From NCBI GenBank assembly GCA_043228905.1, contig JBHGNT010000011.1:11842001-11906000 (forward strand): DNA of 64,000 nt, written 5' to 3'. Positions 13,186-24,800 of the stretch are shown piece after piece; position 1 is the first letter of the stretch, and each line of letters begins with the position of its first letter. Origin of the DNA: Azolla caroliniana (taxonomy: Eukaryota > Plantae > Polypodiophyta). The position numbers and the translations under genes were made by a program. The notes beneath the pieces were generated by a model. That model worked only from the letters and a program-made list of their open reading frames with translations. It searched no databases and was not told where the DNA came from.

Positions 13186-13903
13186 TGTCGGGGTTTTTTA
13201 CGCCCTTGCGTGTAGAAAGGAGGAGGGACCACGGGGGTCTCGAACCGAAGAGCAAGAGAGAGAGGAGTAAGAGAGAGAGACCCGATTACACAGGACCGAA
13301 GATCCGATTGCGCAGAACCGACGATTGCACAGGGACACGGCCCAACAAACAGAGATCACAAATAAACGCCGACGCAGATGGACGCAACAACGAGAGATAT
13401 GTACTTATGAATGCAAGAAAATAACAGACTAAAGTATTACAACCCACGGTGGGGCACAAAATAGATACTAACGGAAACGAACAGGGCGGCGGACAGCTGC
13501 CGACCCCTGTATGTCGCGACGCACAGAAAGGGAAAACAGGTCGGAGGTGCTGCAGGACGCACTCGGGGCGTTCCACGGAACAGCGCAAGCCTCCTCGAAA
13601 CCTGCACAGGTACGCGATGGAGCAGAAGACAGAGAGAGCAGGAGTGAGAGAGAAGCTCCGAAATCGGTTCGGCAGCACTTTGTCCTCTCCGCGGGAGATG
13701 TCCGACTTCTATTCTTCCTCTTCCTTTTATAGCCCGTCAAGAGGCCGTTTGGCATTAACTGCATACCCACCGAATCTGCCCACCTAGGATCCTCGTATGT
13801 ACCTACTTCGTCCTTAGGTACTTCTTGGCGCGAGTGTGTGTGTAGAGCCGTTTCCCACGCCTTGTTCCTCCGATTCCTCTTGTGGGCGGTTTTCTTCACG
13901 ACA
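13186..13903 (-). repeat. 3' LTR of gypsy-3
   Basis: Identical to 18590-19307 except A/C at 13833/19237. Confidence 0.96.
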
Positions 13904-13975
13904 TCCGCCCCCACCTAACCGCGCATCCGCCGGCATGCGCCAAATTGAGTTGGCACGGAGAAAACCGGCCCGCCT

Positions 13976-16900
13976 TTACTCTTCGCCTGCCGGCCCTTCC
14001 TCGGCCTCGGATCGGTCGTCGCTGCTATCCAGGAGAATCGGGTCAGGTTCGTCGTCGTGCCGCTTCTTGAAAGCTTTGATCCTCTTCCCGGCCACGGGTA
14101 TCGCTATTCTCGTTCCGTCGAGTTCCGCCAGATGATACGTCCCGTTGTCGTTGGCGCTCTGTACCGTGTACGGCCCGAACCATCTCCGTGCGAACTTCCG
14201 CGTTGCTCGGTGCTGGTTGTCGAGGCTGCTGTCGTAGACGAGCACCCAGTCACCTTCGTCGATTTTCTTCGGTCGTAGCCGGTGCGTTCGGTCGAACCGG
14301 GCTTTGTTCTTTGTCCTCGCCACCCGGAGCTTCTCCGTAGCCAGTGCCACGTCCTCCGGTCTCCGCTCGAGCTGTCGTATACGTGCGGCCAACAACTCCT
14401 CCCGGCTCATCTCGTCCCTCCAGTCGACCGTTGCCCACGAGGAGATCGTCCGTTCAATCGGCATGATCGGCTTCTGGCCGAACATGAGCTCCGTCGGCAT
14501 GTACCCGGTTACCGAACTGTGCGTGGTCCGGTCTGCCCACAAAGCATAAGGTAGCAACCGCGGCCAGTTACCGACTCGGCCCCCGCATGCCCGAATCAAC
14601 GCCTTGACGATCGGTCCGTGTCCGCGCTCCACCTTACCATTCGCCTCCGGATTGTACGCAGTGGTGAGCGAGAGCTTGACTCCAAGCCGGTCGAACAGCT
14701 CCGCGGCCTCTTCGGCGTCCAACTCCCCTCGGTCAGCCACGATCTTCCCGACGCACCCGTACCGGCATATCACGTCCTCGACTAGGAACCGACACACGGC
14801 CGCGGTCGTCTTGTTCTGAAGGGCTCGGCCTTCCACCTGGTTCGTCAGGTCTTCCCGCGCTAGGACCAGATACCGCATCTGTCCTACCCCCATCGGCATC
14901 GTCACCAGATCTACCATCCATTTGAAGTGGATAGTCGGAGGGTACGTAGGGTGAAGCCCGTCCCGGTGTCGGACTATCGAGTGCATCTGACAACTCTCGC
15001 AAGTTGACACGAACCGATGCACGTCCCGGTACAATCCCGGCCACCAGTACTTCCCCTTCAGCTTCTCAAACGTCGCCCACGTTCCACGGTGTCCAGCCCA
15101 AGGGCTGTCGTGGTAGGCCGCCAGTAGCTCCTCCTGTTCTTCCTTCATCGCCACCACCCGGAGCGGGACGCCGTTCCTCTTCTTCGGGTGCTTCCACAAA
15201 TGCCCATCTCGGAGAAGGAATCGATATGCTTTCTTCCGGATCCGGTTGGCCTCGTCCTTCGTCAATGACGCATCGGGCGTCATTGTCTTCAAAAACCCGC
15301 CGATCTGCAGCCACTCCCCGTCGTACTTGCTCGCGTCGAACTCGTTAAGCGCCGGAGTGCTCATCCCGTCGGTCGTTATGTATGCCGCCTCGAAGAAATC
15401 CACGCCGACTTCTTCGTCTTCCGAAACCATGCCGCCCTCGTCGTCGAACCTCGCCCTCGAAAGCATGTCGGCCATGGCGTTGTCTTTCCCGGAAATGTGT
15501 CGTATTTCCGGGTCCAGGGACTTGATGTACGCTACCCACCTGAGCATCGCCAGGTCCGGAGTCGCGCATCCGGAAACCATGCCGAGAATCGGCAGGCAAT
15601 CCGTCTCGATGATCACTTCCGTCCCTATCAGGTAGTCTTTGTCGGCCTTAGCCGCCGAAACAATACCCCAGAGTTCGCGTTTAACCTGGGCGTATCCTCG
15701 CTGCCGTTCACTGAGGACTTTCGCGCCGAATCGGATCGGAAACCGATTGCCGTCCTCGTCTTCCTGGTTCACGACCCATCCGATCCCGGTCGGACTGGTA
15801 TCCACCGTTATGAATACCGGGGTACCCTTCCCGTATACCGCCTTCCGGAGTGCCGGTGCCGCTGCAAGGGCCTCTTTCAGCTTCCGGACCGATTCCGCGT
15901 GCTCGTCTAGCCATTCGAACCTTCGCCCCTTTTTCAGCAACCCGTACAGTGGCTCCGCGACGTGTGCGTAATGCGGGATCCATATGTGATAGAACGCGCA
16001 TGCCCCCAGGAATCTCCGTACTTCCGTGACCGAGCTGCAGTCGGGCTTCATCGCGGAGATGGCTTCTACCTTTGCCGGAGACGGTTTCCGGCCATATGGT
16101 CCGCACAGGTGTCCGACCACCATGATCTCTGACTGCCCGAAGGCCGACTTCTCCCCGGAGAAGGTGAGTCTCGCATCCTCTAGCCTTTGCAGTACCTTCT
16201 CGCAGTCGTCGATGTGCGTCGCCACGAATCGCCGGCATCCGTCCGGCCCGATCGTCTCGTCCTTTTCTTCCACCGGGCATCCCTTGATCGGGATGTCGTC
16301 CAGAAATGGCATGGTGATGTCCGGGATGCAGTCCCTCAGAACCTTGTTCATCGCATTCACCATGTGGGCCACCGAGTTGGTCCCTCCTTGCGGCAGTGTA
16401 CACATCCGAACTAGGCCGAGGGGAGTTCGCATCGTCGTAATGTCTCTGCTCTCCACGGCAAGCTGGAACTGGTCGTACCCTGAGTATAGATCCCCGACCG
16501 AGTAAATTGACCTTCCGGCGAAGGCCTCCGCGAACTCGTCTATGGTCGGCCCGATCCCTGCGTTCCGAATGGTCACTCGATTGACCGGCTGCAGGTCCTG
16601 GATGAAGCGCAACGAACCGTTTTTCTTCGGTACGGTAAACCATCGATTCGAATATGGGGCGCTCGACGGCTCGAGAATTCCCATATCAACTTTCTGCCTC
16701 AGCAGCTCCATCAACTTCGGGATGTGAGCTCTCGGAACCGGGATTGGCTTGAGATTCCATGGTACATGCGGTACCGTGAAAATCACCATCGGCTCCACGA
16801 TCGTCGGGTCAACGCACCCGATTTCCTCCGGCGAGAATGCGAAGGCTTTCCCGTGCCTTCCGAGCATTCTCCGAAACCGGTCTTCCTCCGCCGGCAGTAG

Positions 16901-17469
16901 GAACCCGCCCCCACCGATTTTGAGCTCTCGGAGCGTCTCGTCGGTGAAGGTGTGCCCTATGCAGGCCGGATCTCGTAGACTAGGGTCCGATGCAACCCCT
17001 TTGATTCTCGACGCGTTGTCCTCCGGTAAGGGTGCCGCGACTGGCCTTACCTTCCGGTCCACAGTCTTGTACTTGGCGCTTACGTGGGCCGTCCGAACTG
17101 ACCCGAGCCCTCGACCGAAGTCCGCGATGACTTCGTACATCTCCTCGGAACACACCGGTATCGTCCGGTCTTCGTTAAGGCCTTCTTCGACTACCTTTCC
17201 CAGCATTCCCAAGGTGTCGTCGAATGAGACCGCCTCCACGGCTCCGTTGATTTCCTCGTCAGGGCCGAGAACTCCGCACGCTCGAAGTCTCCCCTCCGCC
17301 TTTGTCTTCTCTCGGCCGCCGATGCCGACTATCGTACACGCTCCGCTGTCGGAGAACAAAAATTCCCTACCTATGGTACAAGGTTTCTTCGGTTTTATCG
17401 TACAGGTGTGGGGTTTTCCCGGGGTGTCCGGACTGTCGCGGCCCCACGCCTTGGCAGCCCTCTCTAAAA
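13976..17469 (-). CDS. gypsy-3 pol (RT-RNase H-integrase), intact, probably entered by -1 frameshift
   Basis: Open frame from the slippery site through the 1127-aa ORF: DLYSGYDQ, LPQG, FLDD, VDTS/ELWG/TDC/ADMLSR (RH), H..H..C..C, DLV/DRG/NGKVE (INT), GPY motif. No chromodomain. Confidence 0.93.
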
Positions 17470-17473
17470 ATCC
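17400..17473 (-). promoter_or_regulatory. Predicted -1 programmed ribosomal frameshift signal
   Basis: G GAT TTT TAG heptamer plus stop, 6-nt spacer, then GGGCTG/CAGTCC stem and GTGGGG/CCCCAC pairing. The -1 frame is open into pol. Confidence 0.75.
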
Positions 17474-18570
17474 TCTCGGTTATCGGAACCGAGGGAGTCG
17501 CGGTTACGCTCGTGGTTCGGCCTAACCGTCAAAAACTGGACCGAATGGCGCCCGTCCTGGCTCTTGACCCGCGCATAGGCCGAACCGTTGTCCAGCACCT
17601 TGGTCTCCATTCGAGCCGCCGTGATGTACGGCTCTCCCAGTATGACGGGGTGCGATGACGACTCCTGCACGAAGAAGTGCTGGTCTATCTCGACATCGCC
17701 GATCTTGACCCGTACATTCGGGCAGGCCCCGTGAAGTTCCTCGGTGGCGCGCGTCGCCGCCCTTATCTTCCACCCGTGCTTGGTGTTGATCGGCCATTTG
17801 CCCTTCTTATAGAAGTCCATGGACATCAGGTTGATTTCCGATCCGTGGTCCACCAAAGCTACTACCGGTTCCTGGACATCGCCGATCTTAACCGGGGTTT
17901 CCGTGGTCGCTCGGGCCCAGTGTGGCCGCGAATAGTGGCTCTCCGCCCACTCGTCTTTCAGCGCCATGTCGTCCAGGTGCGTCGTCCGCACCTCTACCGG
18001 TCTTTCCGGTTCTGTCTCCGTTGACAGCCTCTTCCGTTTCACCAAGTCCACGATGGAGTCGTGGAACTCCTTCTTGGCGATTCCCAGCACCTCCCGTAGC
18101 GACAACTCCACCTTGCTGTCGAGGATCCGTTCCTCCAGGACCTTTCGTAAGTCCGTGGTTCTTTCTATCTCCGTCCCCAGACGGTACCCGCCCTTCTGGG
18201 GTTTATCTTGCGTACCGGCCCCGCCGGCTTCGTCCCGTCGTGGCCCGGACCGGGTCTCGTATCGTTGTGAGGGCCCGGTCGTCCCGGGTTTCCCCACCCG
18301 CTTCTCTTCTACCAGAGCCTCGTAGTTCCGGCAAGCGGCTTCCACGAAGCCCGTCTTTTCCTCGACCGGGTCGCTCCACCCGGTCATCTCCCGTACCCGT
18401 TTCTCCGCACGGTCCGATTCCTCCCTTTTAAGCCCTGCACCGGCAAGGCCTTCCAGCATCGTCGGCCAGAATCCGGCTTTGCTTTCCTTTCGGGCCTCGC
18501 CGCCCCCGACTCGAATACCGGCCGACGCCGAGTAGTGGACGGTTTCCGCATGTCGGGCCGCCGCCTCTTC
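17464..18570 (-). CDS. gypsy-3 truncated ORF1: gag C-terminal remnant plus aspartic protease
   Basis: ALVDHGSEINLMS ... VILGEPYI protease motifs. The frame begins directly at the PBS with first ATG at 18459; no capsid or Zn knuckle seen. Confidence 0.8.
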   Translation of the reverse strand, partial: EEAAARHAETVHYSASAGIRVGGGEARKESKAGFWPTMLEGLAGAGLKREESDRAEKRVREMTGWSDPVEEKTGFVEAACRNYEALVEEKRVGKPGTTGPSQRYETRSGPRRDEAGGAGTQDKPQKGGYRLGTEIERTTDLRKVLEERILDSKVELSLREVLGIAKKEFHDSIVDLVKRKRLSTETEPERPVEVRTTHLDDMALKDEWAESHYSRPHWARATTETPVKIGDVQEPVVALVDHGSEINLMSMDFYKKGKWPINTKHGWKIRAATRATEELHGACPNVRVKIGDVEIDQHFFVQESSSHPVILGEPYITAARMETKVLDNGSAYARVKSQDGRHSVQFLTVRPNHERNRDSLGSDNREDF

Positions 18571-18586
18571 CACGTCGGGTTCACCA
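18571..18586 (-). other. Primer-binding site complementary to tRNA-Trp
   Basis: TGGTGAACCCGACGTG, 3 nt after the 5' LTR, is the complement of the plant cytosolic tRNA-Trp 3' end (..CACGUCGGGUUCACCA) as recalled. Confidence 0.85.
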
Positions 18587-18589
18587 AGA

Positions 18590-19307
18590 TGTCGGGGTTT
18601 TTTACGCCCTTGCGTGTAGAAAGGAGGAGGGACCACGGGGGTCTCGAACCGAAGAGCAAGAGAGAGAGGAGTAAGAGAGAGAGACCCGATTACACAGGAC
18701 CGAAGATCCGATTGCGCAGAACCGACGATTGCACAGGGACACGGCCCAACAAACAGAGATCACAAATAAACGCCGACGCAGATGGACGCAACAACGAGAG
18801 ATATGTACTTATGAATGCAAGAAAATAACAGACTAAAGTATTACAACCCACGGTGGGGCACAAAATAGATACTAACGGAAACGAACAGGGCGGCGGACAG
18901 CTGCCGACCCCTGTATGTCGCGACGCACAGAAAGGGAAAACAGGTCGGAGGTGCTGCAGGACGCACTCGGGGCGTTCCACGGAACAGCGCAAGCCTCCTC
19001 GAAACCTGCACAGGTACGCGATGGAGCAGAAGACAGAGAGAGCAGGAGTGAGAGAGAAGCTCCGAAATCGGTTCGGCAGCACTTTGTCCTCTCCGCGGGA
19101 GATGTCCGACTTCTATTCTTCCTCTTCCTTTTATAGCCCGTCAAGAGGCCGTTTGGCATTAACTGCATACCCACCGAATCTGCCCACCTAGGATCCTCGT
19201 ATGTACCTACTTCGTCCTTAGGTACTTCTTGGCGCGCGTGTGTGTGTAGAGCCGTTTCCCACGCCTTGTTCCTCCGATTCCTCTTGTGGGCGGTTTTCTT
19301 CACGACA
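18590..19307 (-). repeat. 5' LTR of gypsy-3
   Basis: Direct repeat of 13186-13903 with a TATA box (CTATAAAAGG) on the minus strand. Confidence 0.96.
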
Positions 19308-21431
19308 CCGGTCCACCCCCGCCTTAGCATGCGCATAAACTTCTTGCTTTTCCTTCCTTGCCTGTTTTATAATGTCGGCCATTATCTGAGCCTGGGCCTC
19401 GTAATCCGCTTTCTGCTTTTCATAGGTACTTTGCAGTTTGCTGATCGTGAAGGTAGATCTTTCCTTTTCTTCATTCCTGATCTTGGTCAGATCCAGCTTT
19501 TCCCGCCTTAGCACCTCTAATTCCTTCCTTCTCTCCGTCGCTTGGGTTATTTCCGCAGACAATGCTTCCTTTTTGGCACTGACCTCATCCATTGCCTTAG
19601 CCAGGTCTAATCGGGTCTCTTTGAGCTGTTCTTTCAGCTTCTCTATTTGCCGGTCGTAGTCTGCTGCCCGTTTCTTGTTGTCCGACTTGGCCTGCTTGTG
19701 ATCTCGGTAGAGACGGTCGAAGTCCTCCGTCTTCTGCTTGGGGCGTCGGTTTGCCTGAGCTCTTAACCGGTCGTCCTGGTCCTTCTGTTGTCGGAGTTCT
19801 TCCTGCAGTCGTTCTATCTCCTGCTCGGCATGTCAACGCAGTCGGTCCTTCTCCTTTTGCAGCTTCTCTTTTTCTTCTTGCAGTCGGTCATTAGTGGCTC
19901 GGCCTTTCCGGAGGCCTTCTTCCATTTTTCGTCTGTCGTCCTCCACCACTTTCCGTTGCTCCCTTTCTTTTTCCCTTAATGCCTCCTGAGCTTTTAACTC
20001 CTCTCGCAAGGTTTCTATTATTTTTTCGGTCTCAGGGCCGGTTTGCAAGGCTACCGGTTCTGGTTCTGGTTCTGGTTGCTTCCTTGTTGTCCCGACCGGC
20101 TCGGTGACAACTTGTGCTTGTTGAATTCCTTCCCTTGCCTGCAACAGCTCCCCTTGCATTTCCTCGATCTGTGTTCGGAGCGCGACCAACTCCTGAGTTG
20201 TTGTATGCGTCAGCTGTTGCCTACACGTTTCTTCTTCCTCTAACTGGTCCGCTACTCCCGATAACTGCTCCGAAAGCCATCTCAACCATTGTGGCTTTGT
20301 GCTTCCTGTGTCGGGGTGGCCTTGCTCACTTCTACTCCTTAACTCAGGCTGTTTTTCCGGCCTTTTCTCTGGCTCCGGCGCTTGTTCATTCTTCTTCTCT
20401 GGGATGACCGGTTCTCTGAAGTCCGGCCCAACCGGTGTCGGTGCTGCTTCCCTCGGTACGGGTTCCGGTACTGCTTCCGCCTCGGCTACTGGAGGTGGTC
20501 CTTGCGCCCTCTGCTGAGTTTTGTCAACTGGTGGAGCCGGTCCTTTCGCCCGTCTCTCCCGACCTTGTCTTGCTGGGAGTCTTACCAGTGGTTCGGATGA
20601 GTCTTCTGTTTCAGCTTCCTCCTCCGGTGCGGCTACCAGACGGACCTTTTGTATAAAGACCTCTGGTTCCGGTTCCGGCCGTCGCAGCGTTATATTGATT
20701 AGTTTGAGCGCTACCGGTTCCTCCTCGGCCGATTTCCCTTTGCCTTTTCCTGCCGGTTTTGCCTTTGTTGCCGGTTCCTGTTGCTGTCGGGATGGTCCTT
20801 CCCCCCGCTGTTTTGCTTCTTGCTGGGTCCATCCGGGGGTGTGTTTCTCCAGGATCTGTCGGCGCTTTGTGACCTTTTTCGGCGTCGTCTCCTGCCGACC
20901 TCTTTTCTTTTGTGTGATGGGGAGCATCGGTGGGACTAACACCGTTAGCCATTGTGCTATCCCGGCCCATGGCTTTTTTCCTTCCACAAGATTCTTGATG
21001 GCCTCCTTCAATCCTTCAGTTATGAAATGGAGCCAGTCTACTTGTAATCCTTTGTACGCTGCTATTAAGAACGCTGCCCGGTACCTGGCTATGGCCGGGG
21101 GACGAGGATTCACGAATCCGTATTCCATCATGGCGCGGGCCACTTCTCCGAACAACAGGTTCTCTCCGCCCTGTGTTCGGTACGCCTTGCTGCTGATAGA
21201 ATACTCACCGAAATATTCGAACAGGATTTCACTTGAAGGGTTTTCGATTGTTTGAAGCCCTCCTGCTTTTATCCCCGTGAGCGCCTGCACCGCTCCTTCC
21301 GTGATTTCTGATAAATCAATCGATGTTGCCGCCTGCTCTGGTTCTGCGTGTGGTGGAGCGTCGGCGATCCTCAGCAATCCTTTTAACCCGTTCTCCCTCA
21401 TCCATTGGCGTGCCTCCTCCGACAGTACCAT
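19308..21431 (-). pseudogene. gypsy-2 extra ORF, N-terminal and middle part (continues 13185 to ~12400)
   Basis: 620-aa open frame 19833-21695 plus 19218-19592; homologous to gypsy-1 5669-8370; coiled-coil C-terminal half. Confidence 0.85.
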
Positions 21432-21871
21432 TGTTTCGAATTCTTCTTCTGCTGTCTGTTGTTCGGGATCGGGCTGTGTGTGCGTTGTGCGTCGGATCGC
21501 TCTTCTGTGCTTCTGCGCCTGTGTGTAGGAAAATTCGTAAAAAGTAAGTCCTTCGCAGGCCTGTGTCTTATATAGTAGCTTTTGCCTCGAGCCGCCCTTA
21601 TTCGTTTCCCGCGCATGTTCCTCTCCCGCCATAATTAGTATGTCCTTTCTTGCTTGCCGCGTGTGAGTGCCCACGTTCCATGCTTTAAATAGCAAGTACG
21701 CGCACGTCCTTCTTTAATGCATGGCGCCTCTTCGTTGCATGGTGGCGCTCCCACCTCTTGTGATCTCCCCATCACTACTATGATTCGCGCCGATTTGGCC
21801 CACGTCATTTTTATTTTTATTTTTATTTTTATTATTTTTATTTTTATTTTTCTCTCTTTGTTTGGACCACG

Positions 21872-24800
21872 TCATTTTCTGGTCCCCCCCGATTTGTTCG
21901 GGTCGGTTCGCGTTGATACCTGTTCCTTCTGTCGGTTTTCCGGGATAGTCTTTGTCAGTATCGGTGTCGGTTCTTCCTCGGTCCGAATATCTTCAGCAGC
22001 ATCTGTCGGTGTCGGTTCCACATCTTGCCGGATTTCCGGGTTTTGCTTGAACGGGTTGGCTGGCATATTTCCCTTATACGGCTTTAGCCGAAACCCATTT
22101 GCCCACTTGCCGATGACATCTCCAGACAACGTGCCGAGCTGATACGACCCATTGTACTCCTTGGTGATCCAGAACGGTCTGGTCCACCGAAACCGCAACT
22201 TTCCCGGCATGTTCCCCATCCGTGTCTGGAATAGTAGCACCGGTTTCCCGACTTCGAACTCCTTTTCGTTGCCACGCCGGTGTCGGTCCACGAAAGCTTT
22301 TCTCCTCCTTTGCTCCAGTTCGAGTTGTAGTAAGTTGGCTATTCGGTTTTCTTCTAATTCCAACAACGTCGCCAGCCGGATTCGTTCGGACTCCTTCTCA
22401 CTTAAGCGCTCCTTTACCTGAATCCGTAAGTTGGGGATCTGGAACTCTACCGGCATGACCGCTTCTAAACCGAATGCTAGTCGGAACGGGGTTGTCCGGA
22501 TGCTGGTTTTGTACGTCGTTCGGTACGCCCATAGCGCGCTTTGCAATTTCGTATCCCAGTCGGTCCGGTTCTCGTTGACAATTTTTCGTAGGATGTTCTG
22601 TAGAGTTTTGTTCGTTGATTCCGCTAGTCCATTGGCTTGAGGGTAGTAGGGAGTACTCCTTTTATGTACCACTGCGTAAAATGACGTCAGGCTTTCTACT
22701 ACCTGCCCGAGAAAATGTCCTCCTTGGTCACTTATAAGCTCGATCGGGCATCCATACTGGCACCATATGCACTCGTACAGGAACTTTGCCGTGGATGCGG
22801 CCGTGTTGTCCCGTAAGGCCTTTGCTTCTACCCATTTGGTGCAATAGTTGGTCGCCACTATGACATACCGATTTCCGGTTCGCATTGCCGGTGGCTTGAA
22901 GGGACCGACAAAGTCCAAACCCCACTTTTGAAACGGTTCCAATGGCAAGACCGGGTGGTGTGGCATCCGGGCCTGCTCCTGGGTTGGCCCAGTCGTTGAC
23001 ACAAATCGCATTCTCTGCTATACTTCACGGCATCTTTTAGGGTGGTGGGCCACCATAGTCCGCTCTGCCATATTTTCCGAGCGGTTGCGTCGTCGGCATA
23101 ATGCCCGCCGACAATTCCATAGTGGGCTTTCCTGAGGATTAAATCTTTCTCATCGCTCCGCACTGCTCGTCTCCAGATGCCATCTGCCCCCTTGTGATAG
23201 AGGGTGTCTCCAACCAAGCAGAAATGTCTACTTCTTACTGCTACCCTTTTCCTTTCATTGCGGTCCATATTCTCCGGGGGTACTCCGGTGCTCAGGAACT
23301 GATGCATCTCAGTTAGCCACGTGTCTTCATCGGCTACCGTTGCATCCGTTGCCGGTTTCGTCGTGATCCGGAACAACTCGGCGTCGGGGAACTCATCCTG
23401 GACGCCGTCCCCTGCTTCTCCGGATTCGAGTTTGCTTAGGTAGTCCGCTACCGCATGCTGCGCCCCGGGTCGGTGGAAAATGTCGAATTCAAATTCCTGT
23501 AACAGCAGTGTCCATCGTGCAATTTTTCCCGTCAGGGATGCCTTCGAGACCAGGTAGTGTAGTGCCGAATGGTCGACATGGAAGGAAAACTTCCTTCCGA
23601 GCAGATAGTGCTTGTACTTTGTGACACTATACACCATTCCCAATGCCTCGCGTTCCGTCGTAGAGTAATTTCGTTCGGCTTTTGAGAGTTTCCGGCTTGC
23701 GTAGTACACCGGTCGGTACCATTTCGGCTCCGTGAGTTGCATCAGAACGCTGCCGATTGCTACGTCCGACGCGTCGACGAAGACGTGAAAGCTTTTACTC
23801 CAATCCGGCGGTTGCACCACCGGAGCTTGCGACAACATAACCTTCAACGCTTGGTAGGCTTCCTCCTCCGTCTCCGCCCATAGGAAGGGTACCCTGTGTA
23901 CGGCGGTATGTAATGGTGTAGCGAAGTCTGCGAGGTGCCGTATCATCCGGCTATGCCACCTTATTTGGCCCAGGAACCGGCTTAAAGCCTTTGCGTTATT
24001 TGGTGCTGGTGCCTCGAGAATCGCCTTGTCTTTATCCGGATCTACCGCGATTCCTTCCTTACTCACCACGTGCCCTAGTAAGTTGCCGCTTGCCACTCCA
24101 AAGACGCACTTGGCCGGGTTCAGGCTCAATCGGTACTCGCGGCACTTCTCCAAGCACAATCGGAGGTGATCGAGATGCTCTCCGTACTGGCTGTAGACCG
24201 CGAAATCGTCAAGGAAGACCTGCATAAAACCGGGGATATATTCCCCGAAAATTTCCATTATTATCCTTTGAAAGGTCGCTGGAGCCGTCTTTAGTCCGAA
24301 CATCATCACGACCGCGACGAACACTCCCCATTCCGTAACGAACGATGTCTTCTCCTGGTCGGCCGGGTTCATTCGTATTTGGTTGTAGCCGCTAAATCCA
24401 TCCAGGAAGCTGTAAACTTCGTGGCCGGCTACCGCATCTAACACCCTGTCCGTAAATGGTAGTGGAAACGCATCGGTCACTGTTGCGGCATTTAGTTTGC
24501 GATAGTCCACACATACCCGGATTTTGCTGTTCTTTTTCGGGACCACCACTATCGGACTTAGTCAGGTTGCCTGCTTGACCGGTCGGATAAATCCGACCCG
24601 GAGGAGCTTATCAATTTCCTCCTTCACCTTCGCCGCATAATTCTGATTCATCCGGTACCTGCGTTGAGCGATCGGTTTCGCGTCCATACTTAGGTGAATT
24701 TGGTGCTGATAGAGCTGGGGGTCCAGCCCTCGCATGTCTTCGTACGACCACGCGAACACATCCTTGAAGTCTGTTAATAATGCTACCATTGCCTTCTTTT

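Larger units (their letters stand above)
13186..19307 (-). mobile_element. Young gag-less Ty3/gypsy LTR retrotransposon (gypsy-3) inserted in the gypsy-2 extra ORF
   Basis: 718-bp LTRs at 13186-13903 and 18590-19307 (TG...CA, one mismatch seen). TSD CCGG at 13182-13185 and 19308-19311; removing the element restores host frame GVD-R-IKL. PBS 18571-18586, PPT-like 13904-13920. Confidence 0.96.

Noticed and set aside
13186-19307. GC-rich block as bacterial or fungal contamination or misassembly
   Set aside because: It has paired LTRs and a TSD and precisely interrupts a host-element reading frame, so it is a real integration.
13185-19336. Duplicated small ORFs (79-154 aa) at 13.2-13.9 kb and 18.5-19.3 kb
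   Set aside because: Incidental frames in the two near-identical LTRs.
19308-21695. Extra ORF as an env gene
   Set aside because: No signal peptide or hydrophobic transmembrane stretch is visible; the protein is charged and coiled-coil.
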